Assembly: GCF_963921235.1 (NCBI RefSeq)
Contig: NC_086097.1
Location: 220,908,001 to 220,972,000 of the forward strand
DNA from: Mobula hypostoma
Lineage: Eukaryota
Reading direction: 5' to 3'
DNA length: 64,000 nucleotides
A program made the position numbers and the translations under genes. The notes beneath the pieces were generated by a model. That model did not search any database, was not told the DNA's origin, and worked only from the letters and a program-made list of their open reading frames with translations. Positions 35,719 through 48,926 of this stretch are shown here, piece by piece (position 1 is the first letter of the stretch; each line of letters starts with the position of its first letter).

Positions 35719-37167
35719 AAACGCAAACAACAGGAATTCTGCAGATGCTGGAAATTCAAGCAACACACATCAAAGTTGCTGGTGAACGCAGCAGGCCAAG
35801 CAGCATCTGTAGGAAGAGGTGCAGTCGACGTTTCAGGCCGAGACCCTTCGTCAGGACTAACTGAAGGAAGAGTGAGTAAGGGATTTGAAAGTTGGAGGGG
35901 GAGGGGGAGATCCAAAATGATAGGAGAAGACAAGGGGGGGAGGGATAGAGCCGAGAGCTGGACAGGTGATAGGCAAAAGGGGATATGAGAGGATCATGGG
36001 ACAGGAGGTCCGGGAAGAAAGACAAGGTGGGGGGTGACCCAGAGGATGGGCAAGAGGTATATTCAGAGGGACAGAGGGAGAAAAAGGAGAGTGAGAGAAA
36101 GAATGTGTGCATAAAAATGAGTAACAGATGGGGTACGAGAGGGAGGTGGGGCCTTAGCGGAAGTTAGAGAAGTCGATGTTCATGCCATCAGGTTGGAGGC
36201 TACCCAGACGGAATATCATCTTTACAGTAGAGGAGGCCGTGGATAGACATTGACGCAGACTGGGAGACCGCTTTGCTGAACATCTACGCTCTGTCCGCCA
36301 GAGAAAGCAGGATCTCCCAGTGGCCACACATTTTAATTCCACATCCCATTCCCATTCTGACACTTATCCGTGTAAGCGGAACAAGTGCTACACATGTCCT
36401 TACACTTCCTCCCTTACCACCATTCAGGGCCCCAAACAGTCCTTCCAGGTGAGGCATCACTTCACCTGTGAGTCGACTGGGGTGATATACTGCGTCCGGT
36501 GCTCCCGATGTGGCCTTTTATATATTGGCGAGACCCGACGCAGTCTGGGAGACCGCTTTGCTGAACATCTACGCTCTGTCCGCCAGAGAAAGCAGGATCT
36601 CCCAGTGGCCACACATTTTAATTCCACATCCCATTCCCATTCTGACATGTCTATCCACGGCCTCCTCTACTGTAAAGATGAAGCCACACTCAGGTTGGAG
36701 GAACAACACCTTATATTCCGTCTGGGTAGCCTCCAACCTGATGGCATGAACATCGACTTCTTTAACTTCCGCTAAGGCCCCACCTCCCCCTCGTACCCCA
36801 TCTGTTACTCATTTTTATGCACACATTCTTTCTCTCACTCTCCTTTTTCTCCCTCTGACCCTCTGAATATACCTCTTGCCCATCCTCTGGGTCACCCCCC
36901 CCCGTCTTTCTTCCCGGACCTCCCGTCCCATGATCCTCTCGTATCCCCTTTTGCCTATCACCTGTCCAGCTCTCGGCTCTATCCCTCCCCCTCCTGTCTT
37001 CTCCTATCATTTTGGATCTCCCCCTCCCCCTCCAACTTTCAAATCCCTTACTCACTCTTCCTTCAGTTAGTCCTGATGAAGGGTCTCGGCCTGAAATGTC
37101 GACTGCACCTCTTCCTACAGATGCTGCTTGGCCTGCTGCGTTCACCAGCAACTTTGATGTGTGTTGC
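35719..37167. mobile_element. Rearranged PLE insertion: inverted 3' end, two short fragments and a sense GIY-YIG/3' end; hammerhead motifs at 35823-35858 (-) and 37069-37104 (+)
   Basis: 15-bp TSD agat(a/g)ttaggacttt at 35704-35718 and 37168-37182; GIY-YIG ORF 36320-36775. Confidence 0.9.
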
Positions 37168-37372
37168 AGATGTTAGGACTTTTTTAAATAGAGACACTTG
37201 GTGATGATCTAGAACTGCTTGGCTCATTAAGTCCCTGCGCTTCCAATTGCCTGCCACTTTAATTCACCATCCTACTTCACTTTCTGTCAGTGTCCTTCTG
37301 CACTATTACAAGGTATAGCGCAAGCCAGAATCGCAATACCTCATCTTCAGTTTGGTAACATTGTAACCTACA

Positions 37373-38557
37373 GCTCTGCCTTTAATACCATCATTCCAAA
37401 TTGATTCCTAAGCTCCGGAACCTGGGCCGTAGCACTCAGATCTGCAGCTGGATCTTCAACTTCCTCACAGACAGGACCCAGACTATAAAAATAGGGGACA
37501 AGGTCTCCTCTACGATCACTGTGAGCACCGGTGCCCCACAAGGCTGTGTACTCAGCCCCCTGCTGTTCTCACTGTACATCCATGATTGTGTAGCCAAATT
37601 TCCATCAAACTCAATATATGAGTTTGCTGATGACACAACAAATGTAGGCCGTATCTCGGGTAATGATGAGTTTGAGTACAAAGAGGAAATTAAGAACCTG
37701 GTGACATGGTGCGAAGACAATAACCTTTCCCTCAACGTCAGCAAGACAAAGGAATTGGTTGTTGACTTCAGAAGGAGTAGTGGACCGCACGACCCAATTT
37801 ACATCGGTGGTGTGCAAGTGGAACAGATCAAAAGCTTTAAGTTCCTCAGGGTCAATATCACAAATGAGCTGACTTGGTCCAACCAAGCAGAGTTCACTGC
37901 CAAGAAGGCCCACCAGCACCTTTACTTCCTGAGAAAACTGAAGAAATTTGGCCTGTCCCCTAAAAACCCTCACTAATTTTTATAGATGCACCGTAGAAAG
38001 CATTCTTCTAGGGTGCATCACAACCTGGCATGGAAGTTGTCCTGTCCAAGACCGAAAGAAGCTGCAGAAGATCGTGAACACGGCGCAGCACATCACACAA
38101 ACCAACTTTCCATCCGTGGACTCACTTTACACCGCACACTGTCGGAGCAGTGCTGCCAGGATAGTCAAGGACACGACCCACCCAGTCAACAGGCTTTTCG
38201 TCCCTCTTTCCTCCGGGAGAAGGCTCAGGAGCTTGAAGACTCATACGGCCAGATTTGGGAGCAGCTTCTTTTCAACTGTGATAAGACTGCTGAACGGATC
38301 CTGACCCGGATCTGGGCCGTACCCTCCAAATATCTGGACCTGCCTCTCGGTTTTTTTGCACTACCTTACTTTACATTTCTCTATTTTCTACTTATGATTT
38401 ATAATTTAAATTTTTAATATTTACTAATTTTAACTATTTTTAATATTTAATATTTGTAATCCAGGGAGTGGGAAGGGCAGAATCAAATATCGCTGTGATG
38501 ATTGTACGTTCTAGTACCAATTGTTTGGCAACAATAAAGTATAAAGTATATAAAGTA
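37373..38557 (+). mobile_element. Young 5'-truncated Rex1/Babar-type LINE
   Basis: GAPQGCVLSPLLFSLY and FADD motifs, one frameshift, (ATAAAGT)n tail; same family as 28311-29136 and 56370-57071. Confidence 0.88.
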
Positions 38558-38859
38558 CCTTCAGGAATTGATATTGAGGTTTCCATTCTTACTTACATGT
38601 GCTTTCTTTTTGTACGACATTTTGTCATTTTTGCCTGCTATTGGTTTGGCTCAGATTTTCCTTTTTCAGTGTTGCCTGGCCTGCCAACTATGTCTCACAG
38701 CCTTACCCACATAAAGAACCTTAATCTGATTTTAACTGTCAAATTCCTTAATTTAACCTCTTAGAAATTTTTCTGCATTCCACCCATCCCCTCCTTCATC
38801 TTTTCTGCTATCTACAGCTAATTTGTTTCATTTTCCTGTGTGCCACTATTGCAGAGGAC

Positions 38860-39510
38860 CTGCCCTGGACCCATCATATAAATATAATTGTGAAGAAAGC
38901 ACGACAGCATCTCTACTGCCTCAGGAGTATGCAGAGATTCAGCATGTCATCAAAAACCTTGGCAAACTTCTACAGATGTGTGGTGGAAAGTGTGCTTACC
39001 GGTTGCATTGTGGCCTGTTATGGGAACACTAATGCCTTTGACTGGAAAATACTTCAAAAGGTAGTGGATTCAGCCCAGTACATCATGGGTAAAACCCTCC
39101 CAACCATTGAGCACACCTACATGAAAGGTTGCTGTAGAAAAGCAGCATCCATCATCAAAGATCCTCACCACCCAGGCCATGCTCTTTTCTCATTGCTGCC
39201 ATCAGGTAGAAAGTACAGGAGCCTCAGGACTCGCACCACCAGGTTCAAGAACAGTAACTACCCCTCAACCATCAGGCTCTTAAACAAAGGGGGATAACTA
39301 CACTCATTTAAGGACTCTTCTAACTTGTTATTTCATGCTCATTATTTATTGCTATTTATTTATTACCTGCTATTTCAGTTTGTTTACAGTTACAGATCCT
39401 GTTTACAGTTACTGTTCCATAGATTTGCTAAGTATGCCTGCAGAAAAAGAATCTCAGGGTTGTATGTGCTGACATGTATGTACCCTAATAATAGATTTAC
39501 TTTGAACTTT
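38860..39510 (+). mobile_element. Rex1/Babar-type 3' fragment (second subfamily)
   Basis: KKARQHLYCLR...IIKDPHHPGHALFSLLPSGR...IRLLN and an actttgaacttt tail. Confidence 0.8.
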
Positions 39511-40379
39511 CCCAGTCCTTTGACAGTTCCCATTTTTTCTTTTTCCATAGATGCTGCCTGACATATTGAATGCTTCCAACATTTTGTGCTTTTTTCAGAT
39601 TTTTAGCATTTGTTTTTTTTTGATCATTTTCCACTAAAGCCATTTCCAACTTTGAAGAGAGATATGGCTGGCTGCTTTGAGTAAGTGAGCACAGGTACAA
39701 AGTACAGAGCACTTTCTATAGGCATTACAATTTGCAAGAGTATGAGGCTTAACAAGTTGGGTCAAAGTGGGTCAATGTTGTACCACCTTGTGGTGAATCG
39801 TGACACAAAAGAGACTGCAGGTGCTAAAAAACCGGATCAATGCACACAAAATGCCAAGGAACTCAGCAGGCCAGGCAACATCTATAGAGGAAAATGAACA
39901 GCGGATGCTTTGGGCAGAGATTTACTGGAGACCATGCAGAAAAAATTCACAAGGATTCTTGAGTGGATTGGCGTACTTTGGGCAAAGTTTGGAGGGAAGG
40001 AAGCTAAGGAGTGACCTAATAGAAGCATCTAAGATTTGAGCGCCACACTGAGGGTAGATGGTCAGAATCTTTTTCCCATGGTAAGGATATCAAAAACAAG
40101 ACAGCATAGCTGTGGGAGGAAGGAATTTAAAAAGGGATCTGAGCGGTAAGTTCAACACACTCAGCGCTGGAGGATCTCAGCTCTAAACACCGACTGTTTA
40201 TTTTTTTCCATACGTATTGCCTGATCTGCGGAGTTCCTCCAGCTGTTTGTGTGTGTTGTGGCGAGTGTTAGAGGAGCAGTGATAGCCAAACACACCAGGA
40301 AGGGCGAGGAGTGGGTAGGTAGGTGGGATCACCTGTCTCTCCTTGGGAGGAGGGGAGGGACACCTAATTCCACTCGGGA

Positions 40380-40835
40380 CAGTTCCGTCCTCTGGGTACG
40401 ACTCTTCCCACGCCTTCGGTCTTTACTCACCGGGGACCCGTACCCACCAGGTAGGTGTTGGTACCCTGGAGGGTCATCGGGCCCGGGTTGCAGCCCAGCA
40501 CCCGGACCACCCGCGTCGACAGCCGCTGTACCTGGGACAACACCACCGCCATCCAGCCGCCGATCAGGCCGGAAGGCCCCAGTGCGCGCGCTCCTGCACC
40601 CGCGCCGTCTCGCGGGGCCGCGCACGGAAACAGACGGTCGGGGTCAAACGGCGTCCGCCGTCCGCCATGCAGACTTGAGGCAGCTGGTAGGGAGGGGGCC
40701 GGGGCCGGGGCCGGGGCCGGGATCGGGATGTGTAGCCACTAGTGGACGGGGCATCGAGCTTCGGGTGGCGAAACCTAATGTACTGGAGGAACTCGGAGTA
40801 TGAGATAGGGAATGGGGAGCCTGTGTGTCGTCCAC
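40380..40835. promoter_or_regulatory. CpG island / LACTB2 promoter region including (GGGGCC)4 at 40695-40718
   Basis: Sharp rise in GC and CpG density around exon 1; ETS-like CGGAA motifs near 40569 and 40625. Confidence 0.8.
40431..40552 (-). CDS. LACTB2: LACTB2 coding exon 1 (122 nt; [41 protein letters not shown])
   Basis: ATG at 40552, GTGAGT donor at 40430; [16 protein letters not shown] signature of LACTB2. Confidence 0.97.
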
Positions 40836-42017
40836 TCCTTTTTTAATATTACTGATATTTTCTTAAATGTTGGATCAGTAATTTCCAAACCGTTATGTGC
40901 TGATGTGGCACAGAACCAGGAATATATATAGTTAGGAAAATGCATTAACGAAGTAGAGGAATGGGAATGTCAGTGGGGGTTAAATTTTTCTGTTGCAAAG
41001 ACTCAAGTTATTTGTGTTTTTTCTAAAAGGAACATTACGCCCAAAATTGATCTCAAATTATACGGTATACCTCTTAAACAAGAGTCCGCGGTAAAGTTTC
41101 TAGGTGTGCGGATGGACACAAGGCTAACGTGGAAGGTGCATGTGGATAAAATTCAAGAGAAGTGTAATAAAGGCCTTAATGTACTCCTTTGCTTAGCTGG
41201 TATGATTGCGGTGCCAGTAGGTCACTTAAATGTGTATTGTCTTTGATTATGGATGTGTTGCTTAGTATTCAGCCTCACCAGTGGTTTTATAGCCCCTTGA
41301 TAAAGTTCAGGCTCAAGCATTGAGATTATTTTGTGGTGCTATTAAATTATCTCTGGTTTCAGCACTACTGGCAGAAATGGGTGAAGAACCTTTACATTGA
41401 CACAGGTCATAGTCACATGTGTAAGGACATAAAGTTGCTCATCCAGTATTAGCAAAATTAGTAGACTGCATTCATGAGGCCTTCAGTTTTGGGTGGATGG
41501 GAAATGAATGGGCACAAGAACTTGGGTTGTTTAATGTGGAATATGTCATTCCATCGTGGGTTTTCCCTTTGCCTGTGGCTGATTTAGGCTGTCAGGAAAA
41601 GATCAAGATGTGGATAGTGGCACAAGAAGTTCAGCGATATATGCAAAGCAGATATTATGGTTTCTTACGTATCTACACAGATAGTTCAAAAGACCCAGTG
41701 ACATCCTTTCTTTAGAATTAATATGCATGGTACAGGTATCTGTAGGGAGTCCACTTGTCAAGAAAAGACACAGCATACATTGTTTGAATGCAGTTCCTAC
41801 GAAGTGCAAAGGAAACATCTAATTGCTAAAGTAAGACCTTTGGGACAGACACAGTTTAACATGGAAAGTTTGGCAGGATATCACTGCCATCGTAGAAGTG
41901 CGTATTTGACTTTTTGTAAAGTATTAGAAATTCAATGAGATGCTTCCTGTCTCTTTGCTCCACACTCCAACTCAGTAGGTGGTTGGTCTGCCAAATGGCA
42001 TTAAACTTAAGAAGAAG
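40835..42017 (+). mobile_element. Degenerate Nimb/I-clade LINE 3' portion (RT end, RNase H, CCHC)
   Basis: KFLGVRMDTRLTWKVH, IYTDSSKD and HTLFEC remnants; 3' UTR ctccacactccaactcagtaggtgg and GAA tail. Confidence 0.65.
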
Positions 42018-42044
42018 CAGCAGCAAGGGGAAATTGTGAGCACT

Positions 42045-43985
42045 TCTACATGGAGCAGAATTGGGCCATTGAGTTCACTCTGCCATTCCATCATGGCTGA
42101 TCCCAGATCCCATTCAACCTCATACATACACCAAACTTCTCACTATATTCCTTGATGCGCCAATTAAACAGGAATCTATCAACTTCTGCTTTAAATGTAT
42201 CCGTAGACTTGGCCTCCACTGCAGTCTGTGGCAGAGCTTTCCATAGATTCACCACTCTCCTGTTCTAAAAGGTCTTCCTTTAATTTTGAGGCCGTGCCCT
42301 CTAGTTCTGGATACCCCCACCACAGGAAACATCCTCTCCACATCCACCCTATCTAGTCCTTTCAATAAGATCCCCACGCATTCTTCAAAATTCCAGTGGG
42401 TACCGGCCCAAATCTGCCAAATGCTCCTGATATGTTAACCCCTTCATTCCCAGATTCATGAACCTCCTCTGGGCTCTCTTCAGTGACAACACATTCTTTC
42501 TGCGATAAGGGGCCTAAAAGTGTTAATACTGCAAATGCATCCTGACTGGTGTCTTGCAAAGCTTGTTTATATTCTATTCCTCTTGAAATAAATGCCAACT
42601 TTGCATTTGCCTTCTTTGCCACAGAATTGACCTATAAATTAACCTTCTTGGAGTCTTGCACGAGGATTCTTAAGTCCCTTTGCACCTCTGGTGTTTGAAG
42701 TTTCTTCCTGTTTAATAGTCTGCACTATTGTTCCTTTTACCAAAGTGCATTATCATACATTTCCCAATACTATATTCCATCTGCCACTGTTTTTGCCCAT
42801 TTTTCCAATTTAAGTCTTGCTGCAATTGCATTGCTTTCTCAACACTACCTACCTCTCCACCTATCTTTGTATCACCTGCAAGCTTTGCCACAGAGTCGTC
42901 AATTTCATTATCTAAATCACTGACAAACAATGTGAAAAGAGCCGTCCCAATACTGACCCCCTAAGGAACTGGCGGCCAGCTAGAAAAGACCCCCTTATTC
43001 CCACTCACTGCCTCCTGCCTGTCAGTCATTCCTCTATCCATGCCAGTATCTTAACTGTAGCACCATAGGGTTTTATTTTGTTAAGCAGCCTGGTGTGAGG
43101 CACCTTTTCATATGCCTTTTGAAAATCCAAGTAAATGACATCCACTGCCTCTCCTTTGTCCACCCTGCTTGTTATTTCCTTGAACAATTCTAACAGATTT
43201 GTCAGGCAAGATTTCCCTTTACAGAAACCATGCTGACTTTGACATTTTGAAGAGTGGAGTGACATTTGCAATCTTCCAATCCTCTGGGACCATGCCAGAA
43301 TCAAGTGATTCTTGAAAAACATGCATCTGTTATCTCTTCAGCAACCTGTCTTGGGAATCTGGGATGTAGTCCATCTGGCCCAGGTAACTTATCCGCCTTA
43401 AGACCTTTGAGCTTGCATTGCACTTTTTCCTTTTGTAATAGCAATGGCACTCACTTCTGTTCCCTGACACTCACGGACCTCTGGCATACAGCTAGTGTCT
43501 TCCACAGTGAAGAATGATGCAAAGTACCCATTCAGTTCATCTGTCATTTCTTTGTCCCCCATTACTACCTCAGCAGCATCATTTTTCCAGTGGTTCATTA
43601 TTAACTCTCACTTCCCTTTTAAGTCTTTTTATAAGACCATAAGATATAGGAGCAGAAGAAGGCCATTTGGCCCATCGAGTCTATCCACTGTTCAGTCATG
43701 GGCTGATCCAATTCTTCCAGTCATCCCTATTCCCCTGCCTTCTCCCCATACCCTTTGATGCCCTGCTAATCAAGAACCTATCCATCTCTGCCTTAAATAC
43801 CCTCTATGATTTGGCCTCCACAGCCACTCTTGGCAACAAACACCACAGATTTACCACCCTCTGACTAAAGTAATTTCTCCGCATCTCTGTTCTAAATGGA
43901 CGTCCTTCAATCCTGAAGTCATGCCTTTGTTATCCTAGACTCCCTTACCATGGGAAATAATTCTGCTTTTATGTCTTATGGTCTT
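42045..43985 (-). mobile_element. Degenerate CR1 fragments (42045-43620) plus a second CR1 3' end (43633-43985)
   Basis: QHGFCKGKSCLTNLLE...VDVIYLDFQKA, AKLAGDTKIGG and LAFISRGIEYK motifs. Confidence 0.8.
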
Positions 43986-44274
43986 AATATAGTCCACAAG
44001 TTAATAGCAGCTTTTTTTTCTTTTCAAAATGGAACTGTTTAGAAAGGCCATTGAAGCCACTTCAGAGTAGACTCTACCCACTCCACTAAATTAGACTTCA
44101 TTATTTTAATTGGATCAGGAAAGTGGCAAATATCATTAGGGACCCCCATCACCCAGGCCATGCTCTCTTTTCACTACTGCTATCAGGAAGGAGGTACCAG
44201 AGCTTCAGGACTCACACCAAGTTCAGGAACAGTTATTACCCTTCAACCATCAGGCTCTTGAACCACTGGGCAGG

Positions 44275-45035
44275 TATCGTCAGGTAAGGGAGGTAAGCGG
44301 GGGTGAGATTTGGAGACTGGCAGATGAATGATAGTTGGAAGCAGAGAAAAATAGGAAAAAGGGAAAGAGGAAACCATGGAGCAAAGGGAGTGTGAAGATG
44401 GGAGACAGGAGGGAGATAAATTGGAACGGAAAGATTTTCCGGAGCTGGCTTTGGGATAAGTAAAGGAGGTGAGAGTAGGAACCATAAAAGAGAAAGGAGA
44501 GGTGAATGATAATTGGAAACAGGTCGGGGAGTAGGGAACCTGCATGTGAAGTGAATAGACAGGGCCAGGAAGGGGAAGGGGACAAGAATGGGCGAAGAGA
44601 GGACTGAGGGAAGGGTTGAAAGGGGAACAAAAATGGAAGGACCAGAGGATTAGAGGGGGGAGGTTAAAGGGGGTAGAAGAGGGAAAACAATAAAATGAAG
44701 GAGGATTAATCTAATTGGGGGAAAGGGGTGGAAGAGGGGAAATGATAAAATTGAGGGGGGGTGGTTTAATCTAAAATCGGAAATCTCAATTTTCAAGTCG
44801 TGGGGTTGTGGACTACACTGGTGGAATATAAGGTGCTGTCCTCCAGTTTGGTTTGGGCTTCATCCTGGCAGACAAGATGACCAGGGACAGAGAAGGAGAG
44901 TTAAAATGATGTCCCTTTGGGAGCACAGGATCGCCACTGTGGACTGAGTCTCCGTGTTGTGCAAAGCGGTCACTGAGTCTGCGCTTGGTCTCACTCATGT
45001 AGAAGAGGCAACATCAGGAGCACCAAATGTTGTAG
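44275..45035 (-). mobile_element. Old PLE remnant (GIY-YIG fragment and pyrimidine-rich 3' UTR)
   Basis: ETKRRLSDRFAQH...HHFNS similar to the young PLE ORF in this window. Confidence 0.6.
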
Positions 45036-47270
45036 ACAAGGTTGAAAGAGATGTGTGTGCTTTTTTACAGTTTTTATGGAATATTAGCATTAGTGATATT
45101 GCTAAAAATTATTATCCTTTTGCATTATTGAGGTGGTTTGGTGAAATGAAGGTGAAACTTCTAAGCAGGAGCAGGAATAAGCCTGTGATGTGGTCTCACT
45201 AATGTCCTGTACAACTGTAACAGAACATCCCAACTTATATACTCATTGCTCTGACTAATGAAGGCCAACATGTCAAAGCCCTTCTTCACCACCCTGACTA
45301 CCGGTGATGCCACTTTCAGGCAAGGAAAATATCTTCCGTATATCTAGCCTGTCAAGCACTTGAAAGATTTTATGTTTCAATGACATCTCTTAATTTTCTG
45401 AGCTCTAATGAGTGCAGTCCTATCTATACCGTCTGCACACAGCAAACCTACTGTCCATGGAACTAATCTAGTAAATCTTTGAGGCACTCCCTCAAAGAAC
45501 TTCCTTTCTGAAGTAATAAGATTCAAACTTGGCACTCTATTTCAGATGCATTCTCACTAATTGTAGTAAGTTTTCTTATTCCTGTAATCAAGGCTTCGTG
45601 TCGTGAAGACTAATATAACATATGTCCTTTAATTGCCTGCAACATCTGCACGTTTGCTATGTACAAGTACCACCCAGGTCACCTTAGTATAAATACTGTT
45701 GACCCTCCCACTGTTTAACAAACATCCCACTTTTTCATTATTTGCGTTAAGAGGATGATTTCACATCTTTCCACATTGTATTCCATATTCTCGCTAACTT
45801 ACTCAGTTTGTCCATTTTCCTTTAAAGCCTCTTTATCTCTTTTTTTCCTGTTCAAAATCCCACCTGGTTTAGTATTGTTAGAGATTACTTGGGACACCTT
45901 CAGGAGTTGTGGAATAAAGGGAACAGCTAGTAATTCAAATGAGGATCGGTTTTCAAAAAAAAAGTTCACAATTTACCTTCCACTGATACTCTAAGGATTC
46001 AAAATCAGTCATCAGGTGTGATTGTGATCCTGTACCACTATAATTACACAGGGGAAAACAGGAAAAGAATGTTCATATTAATCACCCACATTGGAAACCT
46101 CATAATGAGACACAGGAAGACATTAAGGGGCCATTTCCTCTGGTAAGACTTTGTTAAAGTTATATCTCTGCCACTGAATGCACAGCTCAGGACATGCCAA
46201 TTTTGTAAATTCATATTTTGCTTGTTCGCATATTCAGGGAGCCATATCTCAACCTAGTTATAAAGAAAAGTATTCCAATCACAAACAAGAGAAAATCTGC
46301 AGATGCTGGAAATCCAAGAAACACACACAAAATGCTGGAGAAACTCAGTACGTCAGGCAGCGTCTAAGTACGGTCAACGTTTTGGGCTGAGATCCTTTGG
46401 CAGGACTGACCAAAAATGAAAGTATATTTACAGTGTTTGGTGTTTTATACTCAGACTCTTTTGGACCAGCCACTGGCATTTGAATATTCAAAGGGTTCTG
46501 TCATTAATGATTTGCTTCCATTGTAAATATGTACCAGTCTGCATGTAAAATATTTAATTAGGTAATTACAGACATGGAAATGGCAGTTAATGATGGTCTT
46601 TTAAAAAGTATGAAACATTTTTATGCTGTTGAATATGGGGAGGAGAGAAGTAGATTCACCAGACCTGCTTTTGCAAGACAGGCAGAAACCAAATGAGATT
46701 GTCTGTACATATACTCACTGCTAACCAAATTATAGCACTAGAGAAGACAGCATCCATGTAGACGGACAGCCTGCAGTGGCTCCCACTGTCCGCACTGATG
46801 TACACAATGTATTCACGATGTACACAACAGTTTTATTATGGACCAGCAAAGCAACTTGTTAGTGAACAAGGCCATCAGTGTCAGCAACTCACCTATCCTG
46901 CCTATAACTGGAGAAGCTATTGTTATTAGTGTATGTGGGGGGGGGGGGACAATAAGGATGGAACAACAAGGGATTGCAGATGCTGTAATCTGGTGAGCCT
47001 GTGATAACTGAGATGGAGGGAATGTACCTTGCAGTGGATTTCTTGGTATGCCCAAATAATAAGGGCACTGCCCTGGGGATAGATACATTTGGTAAGGCAG
47101 GTGTTAAAAATTTGGGGAAAGGAGAGATTCTTTGGACAACTCAGGGCCATCAAACTCTGATATCCACAACACGGCCCTTAGGACCACAACAGGCCAGATC
47201 AGGGACTGGAGCCAGAGCAGTGAATATGAATTATATCACAAGAACTATAATCAAACTTGAAAATGGGACA

Positions 47271-47383
47271 ACAACAATGTGAGTTAGTCCTGACGAAGGG
47301 TCTCGGCCTGAAATGTTGACTGCACCTCTTCCTAGAGATGCTGCCTGGTCTGCTGCGTTCACCAGCAACTTCTATGTGTGTTG
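47271..47383 (+). mobile_element. Short PLE 3' end with hammerhead motif (47286-47321)
   Basis: Perfect 15-bp TSD cttgaaaatgggaca at 47256-47270 and 47384-47398. Confidence 0.85.
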
Positions 47384-47759
47384 CTTGAAAATGGGACATT
47401 TCGTTCCTCCAGCTAAATCACTGAAACAGATTGTGAAACTAAGATGCAAATATTCTTTTCCCTGATTGATTGCTCAATAAACTGTCTCAATTTCCATGAA
47501 TGTCTTGTATTCATGCAGTCACCCATAATTACTTCATTGCCCCTTTTACAAGCAGCTCTAATTTCTTGATTTATGTCGCTTCTATTAACTACTTATTTGG
47601 TGACCAATTACTATTTCTTAGTGTAACCCAAAATGATCCAAATTGTAAATCTTGATCTATCATGCTGGGTTTATTTTTCACTAATGCACTAATCTCTCTG
47701 ACTAGTACTGCTGTACTATCTGCTTTACCTTTTCCCCTATCTTTCCTAAATGTTGAAAA

Positions 47760-48420
47760 TCTCAGTCTTTGGCCTTCTCTTGCACCAAGTTGATGCCACC
47801 CTCAAAGTGGAGGAGCAATACCTTACATTCCATCTGGGTAGCCTCCAACCTGATGACATAAATATCGATTTCTCTTGCGGTGAAAAGAAATCCCTCACTT
47901 CCTCTGTTCCCCACTCTGACCTTTCACTTCTTCTCATCTGCCTATCACTTCCCCCTGGGTTTACTCCTTCCCTTTCTCCTATGGATCACTCTCTTTTCCT
48001 ATCAGATTCCTCCTTCTCCAGCCCATGACCTCTCCCACCTGGCTTCACCTACATCTTCCAGCTAGCATCCTTCCCCTGCACCTTTTTATTTTGGTGCCTT
48101 CCCCCTTCCTTTTCAGTCCTGAAGAAGAGTCTCGGCCCAAATCGTCAATCGTTTATTTATTTCCATAGATGCTGCCTGACCTGCTGAGTTCCTCCAGCAT
48201 TTTGTGTTTGTTGTCTTGGAATATTTAACAGTCAGCTTTTGTCACCCTGCAGCCATGTTTCCATAATTGCAATGAGATCACACCCATATACAGACAAGAG
48301 AAAATCTGAGCAACACACACAAAATGCTGGAGGAACTCAGTAGGCCAGTTAGCATCTATGGAAAAAAGTACAGTTGACGTTTCTGGCTGAGACTCTTTGG
48401 CTGTCCAGCATTTTATGTGT
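47760..48420 (+). mobile_element. Older PLE 3' remnants with a decayed hammerhead and an inverted tail copy
   Basis: ATLKVEEQYLTFHLGSLQPDDINIDFS; gtcctgaagaagagtctcggcccaaatcgtc near 48116-48146. Confidence 0.7.
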
Positions 48421-48926
48421 ATCACACACATTAATTCTATTTAAACCATAAGTTCATTTATCTTGTTATGAATCCCAAAAACATTCAGATAGAACATATT
48501 TAATTTTATAACTTTCATATTTTTCAATACTTTAACACTCTTTGCTTTTTTGTGCTGTCTGTTTATTTACCTTCCTATTTTTTTAACATCCTCTTTATGC
48601 TTTTTCTCTCTCCTTATATTTCTGATGAATTCCCATTTCCCCTGCCACACTAAGTCCTCCCTGATAGTATTGGCCTCAACTTACACCTTACTGCAGAAAT
48701 GAAAATGCAAAAGAAAAAAAGCATACACTTAAAAGTTAAAACAAAAATCAGAAAATGCTGCAAAAAATCAGCAGGTTAGGCAGCTTTTGTGGAGAGAGAA
48801 ACTGAGTTAGTGATTCAGATTGAAAAGCCTTTGTTAGAACAACAAAAGAGAGAAAATAATATTTAGTGGTAAAGATGGAGGGGGCCTAGAGAGGACAAAG
48901 ACGAAAGCTTCAAATTTAAAGCAAAA

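Noticed and set aside
40249..40835. Overlapping GC-rich ORFs (184, 111, 98, 95 aa) as novel genes
   Set aside because: Stop-poor CpG island overlapping LACTB2 exon 1; no recognisable domains
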